From IMG/VR virus record IMGVR_UViG_3300005077_000021, positions 1 through 58,029 of that record: a stretch of DNA of 58,029 bases, one strand, 5' to 3'. Each line of letters opens with the position of its first letter. The first letter of the stretch is position 1. The notes beneath the pieces were generated by a model. That model ran no database searches, was not told where the DNA came from, and saw only the letters and a list, made by a program, of their open reading frames with translations. A program made the position numbers and the translations under genes. Of the stretch, positions 27,532 through 37,101 are shown piece after piece. The stretch is from a virus. Its lineage: Duplodnaviria; Caudoviricetes.

Positions 27532-28792
27532 TGGAAGTCCAATCAAGAGGAATGGTAGTGACGTGTGGGCTTCAGCACATACGTCCATTGTGAAGGGGGT
27601 GAACCTGAAGACCCGGGAACTCACTATGGTCGGAACCACCGAGGCCCGGGATCGTGATGGGGACATCATCCGGATGTCCGGGTGGGATCTCAAGAACTAT
27701 CTCAAGAACCCCGTCTTCCTCTGGGGGCACGACTACTCCAGTGTTCCCCTCGCAGCGGCAACCAAGATAGTGAAGAAACGGGATCCCTCCAGGATGGAGT
27801 TCACGTTGCGGTTCCCGTCCGAGGTGGGACTCTATCCCTTCGCGGATATGATCCTTGCTCTGTACAATGACAAGATTATCAATGCCTCGTCGGTTGGGTT
27901 CATCCCGAAGGAGTGGGATCTCCTCCCGGTGGAGGAGAAAGAAGAGGTTCCCGACTTCATGCGTTCCAGGATGTACACGAAGCAGGAACTCCTTGAGCTG
28001 TCCGGAGTGGCGGTGCCCTCCAATCCGGAAGCTCTTCAAAATTCTCTTCTCCAGCTTGAACGATTCCGGAAGATGGACACCGAATCCCAGAAGAACTTTG
28101 TGGGGCTTCTGTGCAAGGGTTCCCCGGTGGAGCCTGAGAACACGAACGATCTCTCCTCCTGGCTGAACGAGGAAAAGGGAAAGGTGGAATTCATCGACGA
28201 AACCAAGAGCCAGCACTTCGTCTCCGCCGATCTCCAGGGCCCCGCGGCTGAAGAGAAGGAAGAGAAGGAAGAGATCCTCGAAGAGGATGGGATCGTCGTG
28301 GAGATCGTCCCCGACAAGGATCTGAAGTTCAAGTTCACTGAGGAGGGGTTTGAATTTGTCAACTCCACCCTGATCATCACTGATGTGGATCTCTTTGTGA
28401 AAGCAGTGAGGAGGGATGGATCGAAGTTCAATAACTTGGTTGGTCATCCCGTCTTGGAGGATGAGGTGGTGCCCCCTGCCGAATCTGATGAGACGGTTGA
28501 CAAGGTGGGAGCCGTCTTGAATCGATCAAATAGGTCGAAACTCCAGACCGCTCTCACGTACATCCAGGAGGTTCTTGATTCTGCGGAGAGGGATTCTGGT
28601 GACCTGGACGAAGATTCGACCAAGCATTGGGATGCCCTTCTCACGAGGACGACAGACTATGCTGTGGAGGCTGTTCCCAAGAATGGGAGCGTCGGCCGAT
28701 CTACAAGTCTGCGGTTCTCCCAGGATGAGGGCCGAAGGATTTCCGAGGGAGTGTTGCAGTTGAAAGCGTCTTTCCCCGATCTGTTCCAGTAG
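27506..28792 (+). CDS. HK97-type prohead protease with C-terminal extension
   Basis: DRDGDII..GWDLKNYLKNPVFLWGHD, SSVGFIP, ELLELSGVAVPSNPEA. Confidence 0.9.
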   Translation: MARPLLGSDGSPIKRNGSDVWASAHTSIVKGVNLKTRELTMVGTTEARDRDGDIIRMSGWDLKNYLKNPVFLWGHDYSSVPLAAATKIVKKRDPSRMEFTLRFPSEVGLYPFADMILALYNDKIINASSVGFIPKEWDLLPVEEKEEVPDFMRSRMYTKQELLELSGVAVPSNPEALQNSLLQLERFRKMDTESQKNFVGLLCKGSPVEPENTNDLSSWLNEEKGKVEFIDETKSQHFVSADLQGPAAEEKEEKEEILEEDGIVVEIVPDKDLKFKFTEEGFEFVNSTLIITDVDLFVKAVRRDGSKFNNLVGHPVLEDEVVPPAESDETVDKVGAVLNRSNRSKLQTALTYIQEVLDSAERDSGDLDEDSTKHWDALLTRTTDYAVEAVPKNGSVGRSTSLRFSQDEGRRISEGVLQLKASFPDLFQ

Positions 28793-28820
28793 GGGAAGAA
28801 AGAGAAAAGGAGAAAGTGAA

Positions 28821-30215
28821 ATGAAGAAGTATTTTGAGAAACTGGAGGACGGGCGTCTTGTCCTCGTGCAGAATCCCGAGGTGGGGCGGAAGTATTTTGA
28901 TGTGGATGGGAATGAGATCCTCTGCGAATCCCAGAAGGCTCCGGCGGTGGTGATTCAGGAGAAGGATCCGGTGGCGGAACTCACGGGCGTGATGCGGGAT
29001 ATCGCCTCCGCCCAGACTCGTTCTGGCAACATCCTGAACGAGATCAAGGAGAAAGTGAATCATCACGAGGCGGCGATTCGTACCTTTCAGGAACAGGCCG
29101 CAAAGGGTTTCGTGATGGGTCGTCAGGAGAAGAAGGAGGACGAAGACACCTCCGAATACGCCCCTTACAACCTGGCGCGCCAGGGCAAGGGTCTCGTGAA
29201 CCGGATCGCCCCCAGGTACTCCATCAACGAGGAGACCCGCCTGGAGATGGCGAAGTACTTCGTTCTGTTCATGAAGGCGGGGTTGGGTCAGGATGAGCGG
29301 GCTCGTCGGCTTCTCCTGGATCGCTACTCGGTGAAGGGTTCCACCGACCTCGGCGACAACGGAAACGTCTTTCCGGTTCCCGATGTTGTGGACAGCGAGA
29401 TCCTGGCATTTGCCCGCGAGATGTCGGCGGTGCTGCAGTACGGCCGGATTTGGGACATGACCTCCGAGAAGATGAGCTTCCCGGCGGAGAGCACCAACAG
29501 TTCGTTTGCTGACAAGTGGTCCAACACCACCAGCGAGGATACTCCGGTGGTGGCGGAGGTCGAGCTGACCGCACAGGAACTGAGTGCCTACGCAGCGATC
29601 CGGAACATGACCCTGGCTGATTCTCGTTCGGACATCGTTACCTGGCTCACCGAGATGATGGCGGAAGCTGCCGCTCTGGAGCTTGACAACGCGGCTTTCA
29701 ACGGTGATGGAAGCTCCACCTACGGTTCCTGCTCCGGTATCCTGTCGGCCGCTGCTGGGTATTCCGTGGTGATGGCCTCCGGTTCCACCAACTTCTCCGC
29801 GATCACGGCGGACCACCTCTCCGAGATGGTTTCGAAGCTCGACGGTCTGAAGAAGGTGGGAGCCCGGTTCTGGATGAACGGGGCGATTCTCCACTACATC
29901 CGGAGTCTCAAGGACACCAACAACCGTCCGATCTTCCTGGAGACGGTCGGCGCTCCGATGAGTGGGACCATCTGGGGGTACCCGTACACCGAGGTGATCA
30001 AAGCGGTTGGTACCTCTGCGGTGAGCACCGGTTTCGTCGCTTTCGGGAACCTGCGCTACCTCGCCGTGGGTCGGAGGCTCGATGCCACCACCTTGCAGGT
30101 TGACCCCTATGGGCTGTGGACCACCAACCGGACCCGCTTCAAGCTGTACCAGAGGTGGGCTCTGAAGATCGCCCTGGCGAAGGGCTTCTGCCGGCTGGTG
30201 ACTGCTGGTTCGTAA
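28821..30215 (+). CDS. Major capsid protein (HK97 fold, N-terminal delta-like region)
   Basis: GNVFPVP, ELTAQELSAY, LDNAAFNGDG, LKDTNNRPI, IWGYPY, FGNL; strongly biased codons. Confidence 0.9.
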   Translation: MKKYFEKLEDGRLVLVQNPEVGRKYFDVDGNEILCESQKAPAVVIQEKDPVAELTGVMRDIASAQTRSGNILNEIKEKVNHHEAAIRTFQEQAAKGFVMGRQEKKEDEDTSEYAPYNLARQGKGLVNRIAPRYSINEETRLEMAKYFVLFMKAGLGQDERARRLLLDRYSVKGSTDLGDNGNVFPVPDVVDSEILAFAREMSAVLQYGRIWDMTSEKMSFPAESTNSSFADKWSNTTSEDTPVVAEVELTAQELSAYAAIRNMTLADSRSDIVTWLTEMMAEAAALELDNAAFNGDGSSTYGSCSGILSAAAGYSVVMASGSTNFSAITADHLSEMVSKLDGLKKVGARFWMNGAILHYIRSLKDTNNRPIFLETVGAPMSGTIWGYPYTEVIKAVGTSAVSTGFVAFGNLRYLAVGRRLDATTLQVDPYGLWTTNRTRFKLYQRWALKIALAKGFCRLVTAGS

Positions 30216-30223
30216 ACTCTAGC

Positions 30224-30313
30224 TTGCCGGGGCCTGGGGCCTTGGCCGGGGATCTTGGAGCTTCCTCCTCCTCCTCGGTTCTGAGATCCCTCCCAGGCCC
30301 CGGCAACTTTTTT
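30224..30313 (+). terminator. Long hairpin/terminator after the capsid gene with anti-SD loop
   Basis: 15-bp perfect outer stem (30224-38 / 30292-306), ~14-bp inner stem with G-U pairs, loop TCCTCCTCCTCCTC, then a T tract. Confidence 0.75.
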
Positions 30314-30332
30314 CCTTGGAGATACAGAACGA

Positions 30333-30539
30333 ATGAGAACCGCCGAAGTGGTTAGGATGGTGGGAAAGGCTTCCTCCAGGTCTCATTCCGTATATGAGTG
30401 TACGGGATGTGGGAGGAAGGTTCTTTTTTGTGTGGGGAAGCCGGTTCGATGTTCAAAGTGTGGAAAGGATTCTTTCAGGATCCTCCCGGCTTTCGTGGAA
30501 AGAAACATGGAGAAAGAGGGGGAGGTGGTAAACAAATGA
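30333..30539 (+). CDS. Zinc-ribbon protein
   Basis: YECTGCG...RCSKCG. Confidence 0.6.
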   Translation: MRTAEVVRMVGKASSRSHSVYECTGCGRKVLFCVGKPVRCSKCGKDSFRILPAFVERNMEKEGEVVNK

Positions 30540-31282
30540 AGGAGAGGGGAAGACCGACCACTCGGAGGACCGCGGAGGAACCTCGGCAGAAACCGATCAG
30601 AAGGGTCTTGATTGTGGGATCCTCCGGATTCTTCGGTTCCTGGCTCTGTCCAGGTCTATCTGATTTGGAGGTGATCCGGTACGACATCGAGGAGGGGAAC
30701 GATCTTTTTGATCTGACTAACCTCGAACAGAAAGCGATTGGATGTGATGCCGTGATTCTCTTGACTTCCCTTCCTCACTTCAAACCGGAGATCCCTCCAC
30801 CGAAGTATACCCAACTGAACATTCTCGGCAACTTCCGAGCGGTGAAGCATTTGAGTAGTCGCGGGATTGAGCGGTTTGTGTTCGCCTCCTCCGGGGCTAT
30901 TTACGGGTACGGGCCTGAGAGAATGGATGGATGGGTTCGGTCCCTGCCCATCACGGAAGACCTCTCCGAAATCGACTGGGATGTGATCGACGCCTATGGA
31001 GCGAGTAAGGTGGTGGTGGAGGAGTTCCTCCATGTTTGGAATTGTATGAACCAGAACCTCATCATCACCTCCTTGCGGATCAACTGTATTGAACCTCATG
31101 ACACAGGAGCACGGGAGCAGGGATTCCACCATGGGTGGTGGGTGTCCCAAGCTCTTGCGATTCGGGCCTTCTCCGCCGCGGTCAAGCGGAAGGAGAGGGG
31201 GTTCGTTGTTGTCAATGTCGGAGAGGAGAATCCGAAACTGGACACCACCAGGCTCCATTCACTCCTGTCCGGGGAGTTGTGA
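30536..31282 (+). CDS. NAD-dependent epimerase/dehydratase (extended SDR)
   Basis: GSSGFFG, FVFASSGAIYG, YGASK. Confidence 0.85.
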   Translation: MKERGRPTTRRTAEEPRQKPIRRVLIVGSSGFFGSWLCPGLSDLEVIRYDIEEGNDLFDLTNLEQKAIGCDAVILLTSLPHFKPEIPPPKYTQLNILGNFRAVKHLSSRGIERFVFASSGAIYGYGPERMDGWVRSLPITEDLSEIDWDVIDAYGASKVVVEEFLHVWNCMNQNLIITSLRINCIEPHDTGAREQGFHHGWWVSQALAIRAFSAAVKRKERGFVVVNVGEENPKLDTTRLHSLLSGEL

Positions 31283-31304
31283 AAATGATTCAGAGGAGGA
31301 GACA

Positions 31305-32582
31305 ATGTCAAACCGAAGAGGAGGAACGAAGCAGGTAGTCTTTCTCAATCCCCCGGTGTGGCCATACGCCGGGGTCCATCTCAATTTCAATCCCAACCTC
31401 GGAACGCTCTATCTCGCTGCCACGGTCAGGTCGGAATACCACACCCGGGTCTTCGATTGCGAAGCCCTCCGGTGGAACTATCAAGAGGTGCTTGATCGTC
31501 TGAAGCAGATTCAGCCGTATGCGGTGGGAATCACAGCGACCACTCTCGGGTTCCCGTCGATGCAGCGGCTCACCCGGGAGATCAGGAAGACCCTCCCGAA
31601 GACCTACGTGATGATCGGCGGGCCCCACGTGACCGCTCACAAAGAGGCCGCTTTGGAAGCCACCAGTGCCCACGTAGCCGTGGTTGGGGAGGGGGAGCCG
31701 GTGATCCTTGATCTTCTCCATCGGCTTCCGAAGGGGGTGGTGGAGAATCGCGACCCCCTGGATCTCGGGGGGCTCCCACGCCCGGCGTGGGATCTTCTGA
31801 ATCCGAAGATCAACTCCCTCTCCTACGCCGGGAACGCCCCCAGGTATGATCTTCCAGAGACCGCCGTTCAATGGCAGAGGGGGTGTCCCCACGGGTGTTC
31901 CTTCTGTAGTCACGCAGTCTTCGGGAATCGTCCGACGAAGTTCCGGCCGGCGCAATCCATCGTGGATGAACTCCGTCATCTCCGCGACCATTGGGGGATT
32001 CGGACGGTGTTCGTATACGATGATGAGATGTTCGGGCTTTCGGAGAAACAGAACCAATGGCTGGACGGGGTGCTGGATCGAATCATCGAGGCCAAGCTCG
32101 GGCTGAATCTCAAGACCCAGGGGAGGTGCAACGAGAGATTGGTTCGCAGGGAGATCCTGGAGAAGATGGCGGAGGCTGGGTTCAGGAGCGTGATGCTCGG
32201 ATGTGAGAGTGGGAGCCCGAAGGTTCTTCAGGCCAATCACAAGGGGACCACCGTGGAGGACATCCGACATACCGTACGTCTCGTGGCCGAAGCCGGGATG
32301 GATCCGTGGACGTTCTGGATGGTAGGGAACCTGGAGGAAACTCCGGAAGATGCGAGCATGACCGAGGATCTCCTCCGCGAGTTGAATACCTGGATTCGGT
32401 TTCGACAGGTTACGATCTGCACCCCGTGGTCCGGATCCAAGACGTACGAGATAGCGAAGAGGGAGGGGTGGATCTTCAGCGAGGACGTGCGGGATTTCCT
32501 GGCTGATCGTCCGGTGATGAACACCCCGTGGATGTCCGCCCAGGAGATGGTTGAATGGAGAAGGAGGTTGCTCAATGCGTGA
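31305..32582 (+). CDS. Cobalamin-dependent radical SAM enzyme (class B methyltransferase-like)
   Basis: PNLGTLYLAA, MIGGPHVT, VVGEGE, QRGCPHGCSFC, YDDE, LGCESGS. Confidence 0.9.
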   Translation: MSNRRGGTKQVVFLNPPVWPYAGVHLNFNPNLGTLYLAATVRSEYHTRVFDCEALRWNYQEVLDRLKQIQPYAVGITATTLGFPSMQRLTREIRKTLPKTYVMIGGPHVTAHKEAALEATSAHVAVVGEGEPVILDLLHRLPKGVVENRDPLDLGGLPRPAWDLLNPKINSLSYAGNAPRYDLPETAVQWQRGCPHGCSFCSHAVFGNRPTKFRPAQSIVDELRHLRDHWGIRTVFVYDDEMFGLSEKQNQWLDGVLDRIIEAKLGLNLKTQGRCNERLVRREILEKMAEAGFRSVMLGCESGSPKVLQANHKGTTVEDIRHTVRLVAEAGMDPWTFWMVGNLEETPEDASMTEDLLRELNTWIRFRQVTICTPWSGSKTYEIAKREGWIFSEDVRDFLADRPVMNTPWMSAQEMVEWRRRLLNA

Positions 32583-32730
32583 TGAAAGTGTGTCTCGTGT
32601 TGCGAGGCAGATAGGAAATGCTTGGGATGTGATTGCGAAGGAAAAGAACCCCTATTTCGCCGCGATCACACAACCGAAGTTTCTTGTCGATCATTTCTCC
32701 GACAAACTTGCTGTGAAGGAGGAGGGATGA
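32575..32730 (+). CDS. 51-aa hypothetical protein (absent from the ORF track)
   Basis: AAGGAGG RBS; MRDESVSRVARQIGNAWDVIAKEKNPYFAAITQPKFLVDHFSDKLAVKEEG; overlaps both radical SAM genes. Confidence 0.55.
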   Translation: MRDESVSRVARQIGNAWDVIAKEKNPYFAAITQPKFLVDHFSDKLAVKEEG

Positions 32731-33491
32731 AAACGCTGGTGAACATATCGTGGGAGTGTTCTCTTGACAATTGCTCCTATTGCTGGATCACCGGGAAACA
32801 CGGAGTCGGGAAGAAACAAAGGGAACCCTCCCTCACGACCGATGAGTGGATTGTCGCCCTGGCGAAGCTCCCTCCTGGTGGAACGATTGACTTTTGCGGA
32901 GGGGAACCAACACACGTCCCCGGATTCGTGAAGATTGTGAACACGCTAGATCCTGGTCGGGCCTTTGCCTTGACAACGAACCTCTCGCATGATCTCAATG
33001 TGGAGGTGATCCGACAGATCACTCATCCTAGGTTTGTCTGCGTGAGTTGTTCTTGTCATCACACAAACGATTTCAATTCTTTTGTCAGAAGGTTCTTTCT
33101 GGTTCGTTCGGCTTTCCCAAGAGCCACCGTCACCATCGTGGAGAATCCGTTCGTGGATTATTCGGATTGGGTTTCGGCTCTCCGCGGACTCGGAATAACC
33201 GTCATAGTGGTTCCGTATCAGAACCCCAGGGAAGCAAACCTCCCCCATGCCAAGGGAAGGATTACCTTCTGCACTGGTGGAAGCACTCACGTGGTGGTGA
33301 ATCCGGACGGGAATGTATACCGGTGTCTTACAGCCGTCAGAAGCGAGCGGATGGACGAGTTTTTCATGGGGAACCTTCTCCGGGACGAGATCATGTACGA
33401 CGGAAATTACGACGGATGTACCCTCAACTGTGATCCGGAGGAGAGGAAGTGCTGGGGGATCTCCGCTTGGACGGAGGCCGGAAAGCTATGA
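32727..33491 (+). CDS. Radical SAM protein with twitch/SPASM-like C-terminus
   Basis: CSLDNCSYC (CX4CX2C), GGEPT, TTNLS, CTGG..VVNPDGNVYRC..GNL..CTLNC..C. Confidence 0.8.
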   Translation: MKTLVNISWECSLDNCSYCWITGKHGVGKKQREPSLTTDEWIVALAKLPPGGTIDFCGGEPTHVPGFVKIVNTLDPGRAFALTTNLSHDLNVEVIRQITHPRFVCVSCSCHHTNDFNSFVRRFFLVRSAFPRATVTIVENPFVDYSDWVSALRGLGITVIVVPYQNPREANLPHAKGRITFCTGGSTHVVVNPDGNVYRCLTAVRSERMDEFFMGNLLRDEIMYDGNYDGCTLNCDPEERKCWGISAWTEAGKL

Positions 33492-34501
33492 AGATTATGA
33501 TGCTGAACGACTTCTGGGAGTTCTCTGGTGGAGAGATGGTTTTCCGCTGGCTGATTGAGGGACTTCTTGAGCGCGGGCACAAAGTGCTCGGTCTCACCTC
33601 CCAGGAGTTGAAGGGCCGGTCTTTTGAGTCCTACCTCCGGGAGTTCCGTCCGGATGTGATCCATCAACACAATTTTGCCTACCTTGGTCCTGTGGCCCTC
33701 CGGGAGATGAAGAGGAGACCCGGGGTCCAGACGATTCATGACTACTGGCCCATCTGTCCGAGTCGGCATCACTTCTTTTTCAAGGAGGATCGGATCTGCG
33801 ATCATGGTCGGGGGAAGCCGGTTTCCTGTATAGGTTGCCCGGATTATCTTGCCAAGATGCCCTTCCCGTCTGCGGCGATTCAGGCTATGGAGGGGATCAC
33901 GAAGGTTGCGGTGAGTGAGTACGTCGCCAGGAAGCTCATGCAATACGGGTATGAAGATGTGGAATGGATTCACAATGGGATCCGCCTACAAGAAGATGGG
34001 AGAAGCGAGGACGGGGGGTTTATCCTCGGGATGGGATCAAGGCCAGACCAGGTGAAGGGGGTTCGTCAATTCGGGGAGATGGTGAAGGGGCTCCCCTATA
34101 ATGTGGTGATGGTCGGTGGTTCTGGGGAGATTCATCTTGAGGGGGTTCAGCAAACCGGAAGGATCCCATATGCACAGGCCATGAATTATTATCGTACCTG
34201 CTCCGTGATGGTGATTCCAAGTGTGTGGGAGGAACCGAACGGGTTGGGGATTCAGGAGGCCTCCCAGTTTGGAAAACCCATCCTGGCTTTCCACGTCGGA
34301 GGGATCCCGGAATATTTGGAACACGATACCATTCCCCTTCGTGATATCGCTGCGGCCCGGGAGCACTTGGTCTTCCTCATGGAAAATCCGGAGGAGCGGC
34401 AGAGGAGAGGTGAAAGGAATAGAAAGAAACTCCTGGAGAACTTCACCGTAGAGAAGATGACCGAGAAATACGAGGCTCTGTACGAGAGGATCGCTCGATG
34501 A
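33488..34501 (+). CDS. Glycosyltransferase, GT4-like (GT-B)
   Basis: GGE..., PDVIHQHN, TIHDYW, IHNGI, PSVWEEPNGLGIQEA. Confidence 0.9.
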   Translation: MKIMMLNDFWEFSGGEMVFRWLIEGLLERGHKVLGLTSQELKGRSFESYLREFRPDVIHQHNFAYLGPVALREMKRRPGVQTIHDYWPICPSRHHFFFKEDRICDHGRGKPVSCIGCPDYLAKMPFPSAAIQAMEGITKVAVSEYVARKLMQYGYEDVEWIHNGIRLQEDGRSEDGGFILGMGSRPDQVKGVRQFGEMVKGLPYNVVMVGGSGEIHLEGVQQTGRIPYAQAMNYYRTCSVMVIPSVWEEPNGLGIQEASQFGKPILAFHVGGIPEYLEHDTIPLRDIAAAREHLVFLMENPEERQRRGERNRKKLLENFTVEKMTEKYEALYERIAR

Positions 34502-35526
34502 CCTTGGAAGAGTTCAAGATTGATTGGTGTAACGAAGGGATGGGGGACGGGTCCGGGAACAACTATGGATACACCGTCCACAACCGGACGCTGAGACGTT
34601 ATTGTGAACGGCTGGTGAAGATTGACCCTTCGGCGGAGGACTCCCTGGTGATTCTCCCACCGGAAGGGTACAAGCCGAAGTTGGGAAAAGTGAACTGGCT
34701 CTTCACCATGTTTGAGGGGGAGGACATCCCGGAACCCTACACAAAATATTTGGTCAACGCTGATTACCTCCTGACCCCTTCCAACTGGGTCCGCAATCTC
34801 TTCTCCAGGATCTATCCCAGGGATAAGATATTCGTGGTGAACCACGGGGTGGAGCCTTTCTTCTCGTACAAGAAACGGGAGTGGCCCCTCCCGAAGAGAC
34901 GCTTCCGATTCCTCTGGGTGGGGGCCCCGAACCCCCGCAAGGGGTGGCAGGAGTTGATCTACGCCTGGAAGAATGCCGGGCTAGAGAAGATGCCTCATCT
35001 GGAACTCTACCTCAAGACCACGAACATCCCGAACCCAGGAGGGGACGGGGTCCAGGTGAACAAGAACGTGGTGGTCGATGGGAGGAACCTTCCACGGAAG
35101 GAACTCCTCCAGCTGTATCACTCGGCGCATTGTTTTCTTTTTCCTACGAGGGGGGAGGGATTCGGTCTCACCCTGGCGGAGGCTATGCGAACCGGGCTCC
35201 CGTGTGTGTCCACTAGCTACAGCGGGGTGACCGACTTCTTCGACGAGGACGTGGGTTATGAGATACCATATACGATCCAGCAATCATCCGTGAGTTTCGT
35301 CGGCCGGCCGGATCTCGGGGAGCACCTCACGAGGGTGGCCTTCCCGAACATGGAGGAGATGATCAAGAGGATGTATGAAATATGTCGGGATCGCGGATCG
35401 TACAAGCGGGCCCTGAACAGAGGACAGAAGGCCTATGCCAGGATGTTGAACTTCACGTGGGAACGATCCGCCCAGACCATGGTAGATGTCATGTTCCACG
35501 AGTTTAAGCAGAGGAGGAGGAGATGA
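34498..35526 (+). CDS. Glycosyltransferase, GT4-like
   Basis: NPRKG, FPTRGEGFGLTLAEAMRTG, FTWERSA. Confidence 0.9.
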   Translation: MTLEEFKIDWCNEGMGDGSGNNYGYTVHNRTLRRYCERLVKIDPSAEDSLVILPPEGYKPKLGKVNWLFTMFEGEDIPEPYTKYLVNADYLLTPSNWVRNLFSRIYPRDKIFVVNHGVEPFFSYKKREWPLPKRRFRFLWVGAPNPRKGWQELIYAWKNAGLEKMPHLELYLKTTNIPNPGGDGVQVNKNVVVDGRNLPRKELLQLYHSAHCFLFPTRGEGFGLTLAEAMRTGLPCVSTSYSGVTDFFDEDVGYEIPYTIQQSSVSFVGRPDLGEHLTRVAFPNMEEMIKRMYEICRDRGSYKRALNRGQKAYARMLNFTWERSAQTMVDVMFHEFKQRRRR

Positions 35527-36539
35527 AACTGGATTGGAGAACTCATGAGGCCCTGATCACCATCGGACTGGCCAATGCCTATGGGTACTACACCCACAAC
35601 ACGAATTTGAAGGAACAGGTCGGGAAGCTGGTGGAGTTTTCGGAAGAAGCAGAGGATACCCTTCAAATTACCAGCCCTGAATCTTTCCGGCCGGTTGAAG
35701 GAAAAGTGAATTGGCTCTTCACCATGTTCGAGGGGGAGGTGATTCCGGAGTTCTACCAGAAGAATCTTTTGCAGGCGGACTTTCTCATTGTTCCGTCTTT
35801 CTGGGTGAAGAAGAATTTCATTCAGTGTGGGGTCACCAGGCCGATCTTCGTGGTTCCTCATGGGGTCCGTCCGGAGTTTTCTTACGTGGAGAGATCCTTG
35901 CCGAAGAAGGGGGAGCGGTTCCGGTTCTTGGCGGTGGGGGCCCCCAACAATCGGAAGGGGTGGGAGGAGATTGACTTTGCCTGGAAGAGGCTCTTCAAAG
36001 ACAATCCATCCGTGGAACTCTACCTCAAGACCACCGGACTGAAGGACATCGGGGACTCGGTGGTCACCATCGGGAATGTGATCATCGATGGGAGAAATGT
36101 TCCTCTAGAGGAGTTGGTGAAGATATATCACTCGGCTCACTGCTTCCTCTTCCCCACCCGGGGGGAGGGGTTCGGGCTGACCCTGGCCGAGGCCATGCGG
36201 ACCGGGCTCCCGTGCATCTCTCCGCTGTACAGTGGAGTGACCGAATTCTTCGATCCTTCGGTCGGATTCGCCGTGGACTATATGAACGCCGACATAGAGT
36301 TCTCCTTCCCTGGATTGGGGAACAGGAAGTGGTGGACGCGAGGAGGGATCCCGGATATGAAGGCCCTCTGTGATGCTATGCTGTACGTTCCACAGCATTG
36401 GGAGGAGGCCGTGGAGATGGGGTTCCGGGCTAGCCAGAGAATCTCGGACAGATTTACTTGGGAGAAATCGGCTAGGCTATTGTATGATATATTGAAAAGG
36501 GAAGTGAAAAAGAGAAGGGGACAACATGGCTCTGATTAA
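35523..36539 (+). CDS. Glycosyltransferase, GT4-like (paralog of the preceding gene)
   Basis: NNRKG, FPTRGEGFGLTLAEAMRTG, FTWEKSA. Confidence 0.9.
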   Translation: MKLDWRTHEALITIGLANAYGYYTHNTNLKEQVGKLVEFSEEAEDTLQITSPESFRPVEGKVNWLFTMFEGEVIPEFYQKNLLQADFLIVPSFWVKKNFIQCGVTRPIFVVPHGVRPEFSYVERSLPKKGERFRFLAVGAPNNRKGWEEIDFAWKRLFKDNPSVELYLKTTGLKDIGDSVVTIGNVIIDGRNVPLEELVKIYHSAHCFLFPTRGEGFGLTLAEAMRTGLPCISPLYSGVTEFFDPSVGFAVDYMNADIEFSFPGLGNRKWWTRGGIPDMKALCDAMLYVPQHWEEAVEMGFRASQRISDRFTWEKSARLLYDILKREVKKRRGQHGSD

Positions 36540-37101
36540 TTTGGAAGACCTCCGGATTGAGATAGGGGAGAAGGAAGAAAGTAACGACGAACTTCTCCGG
36601 GTCATGGCGGATGGGGTGCTGGGCCTTTTTGAGAGCTTCACCCAGAGAACTTTGACTCAGACCGCTCTCACCGAGTATTACAACAGTTCAGAATATTGTG
36701 ATCGGATTTTCCTTCGGAATTGGCCCGTGGCCACCTCGCCGGCAGTTCAAATTTGGGATGATCCAGATTGGGTGTGGGCGACCAGTGATCTCGTTCCTGC
36801 CACCGACTATCGGGTGGATTACACCCGGGGGATTGTATATTATAGCGGAGGTTATTTCTTTGAAGGGAAGCAGAGTATCAAGGTCTGTTACACAGCCGGA
36901 TACGCCACCCTTCCGGCCGGAATGAAACGCATCTTGGTTCGTCAGGGGGCTCATTGGTTCAGACAGGCGAAGGATCAGAAGTGGGATGTGGCTTCCGTTT
37001 CTCTACCAGCCGGGGCAGGGACCACCTCCTACAAGTTTTTGGAGAGTAATATGCTTCCGGATTTCGCTCTCCTGATCGAGAAAGAAAGGATGAAGTGGTG
37101 A
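36526..37101 (+). CDS. Head-tail adaptor (gp6-like)
   Basis: NDELL, LRNWPV, DYRVD..GIV, GKQSIKVCYTAGYATLP. Confidence 0.8.
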   Translation: MALINLEDLRIEIGEKEESNDELLRVMADGVLGLFESFTQRTLTQTALTEYYNSSEYCDRIFLRNWPVATSPAVQIWDDPDWVWATSDLVPATDYRVDYTRGIVYYSGGYFFEGKQSIKVCYTAGYATLPAGMKRILVRQGAHWFRQAKDQKWDVASVSLPAGAGTTSYKFLESNMLPDFALLIEKERMKW

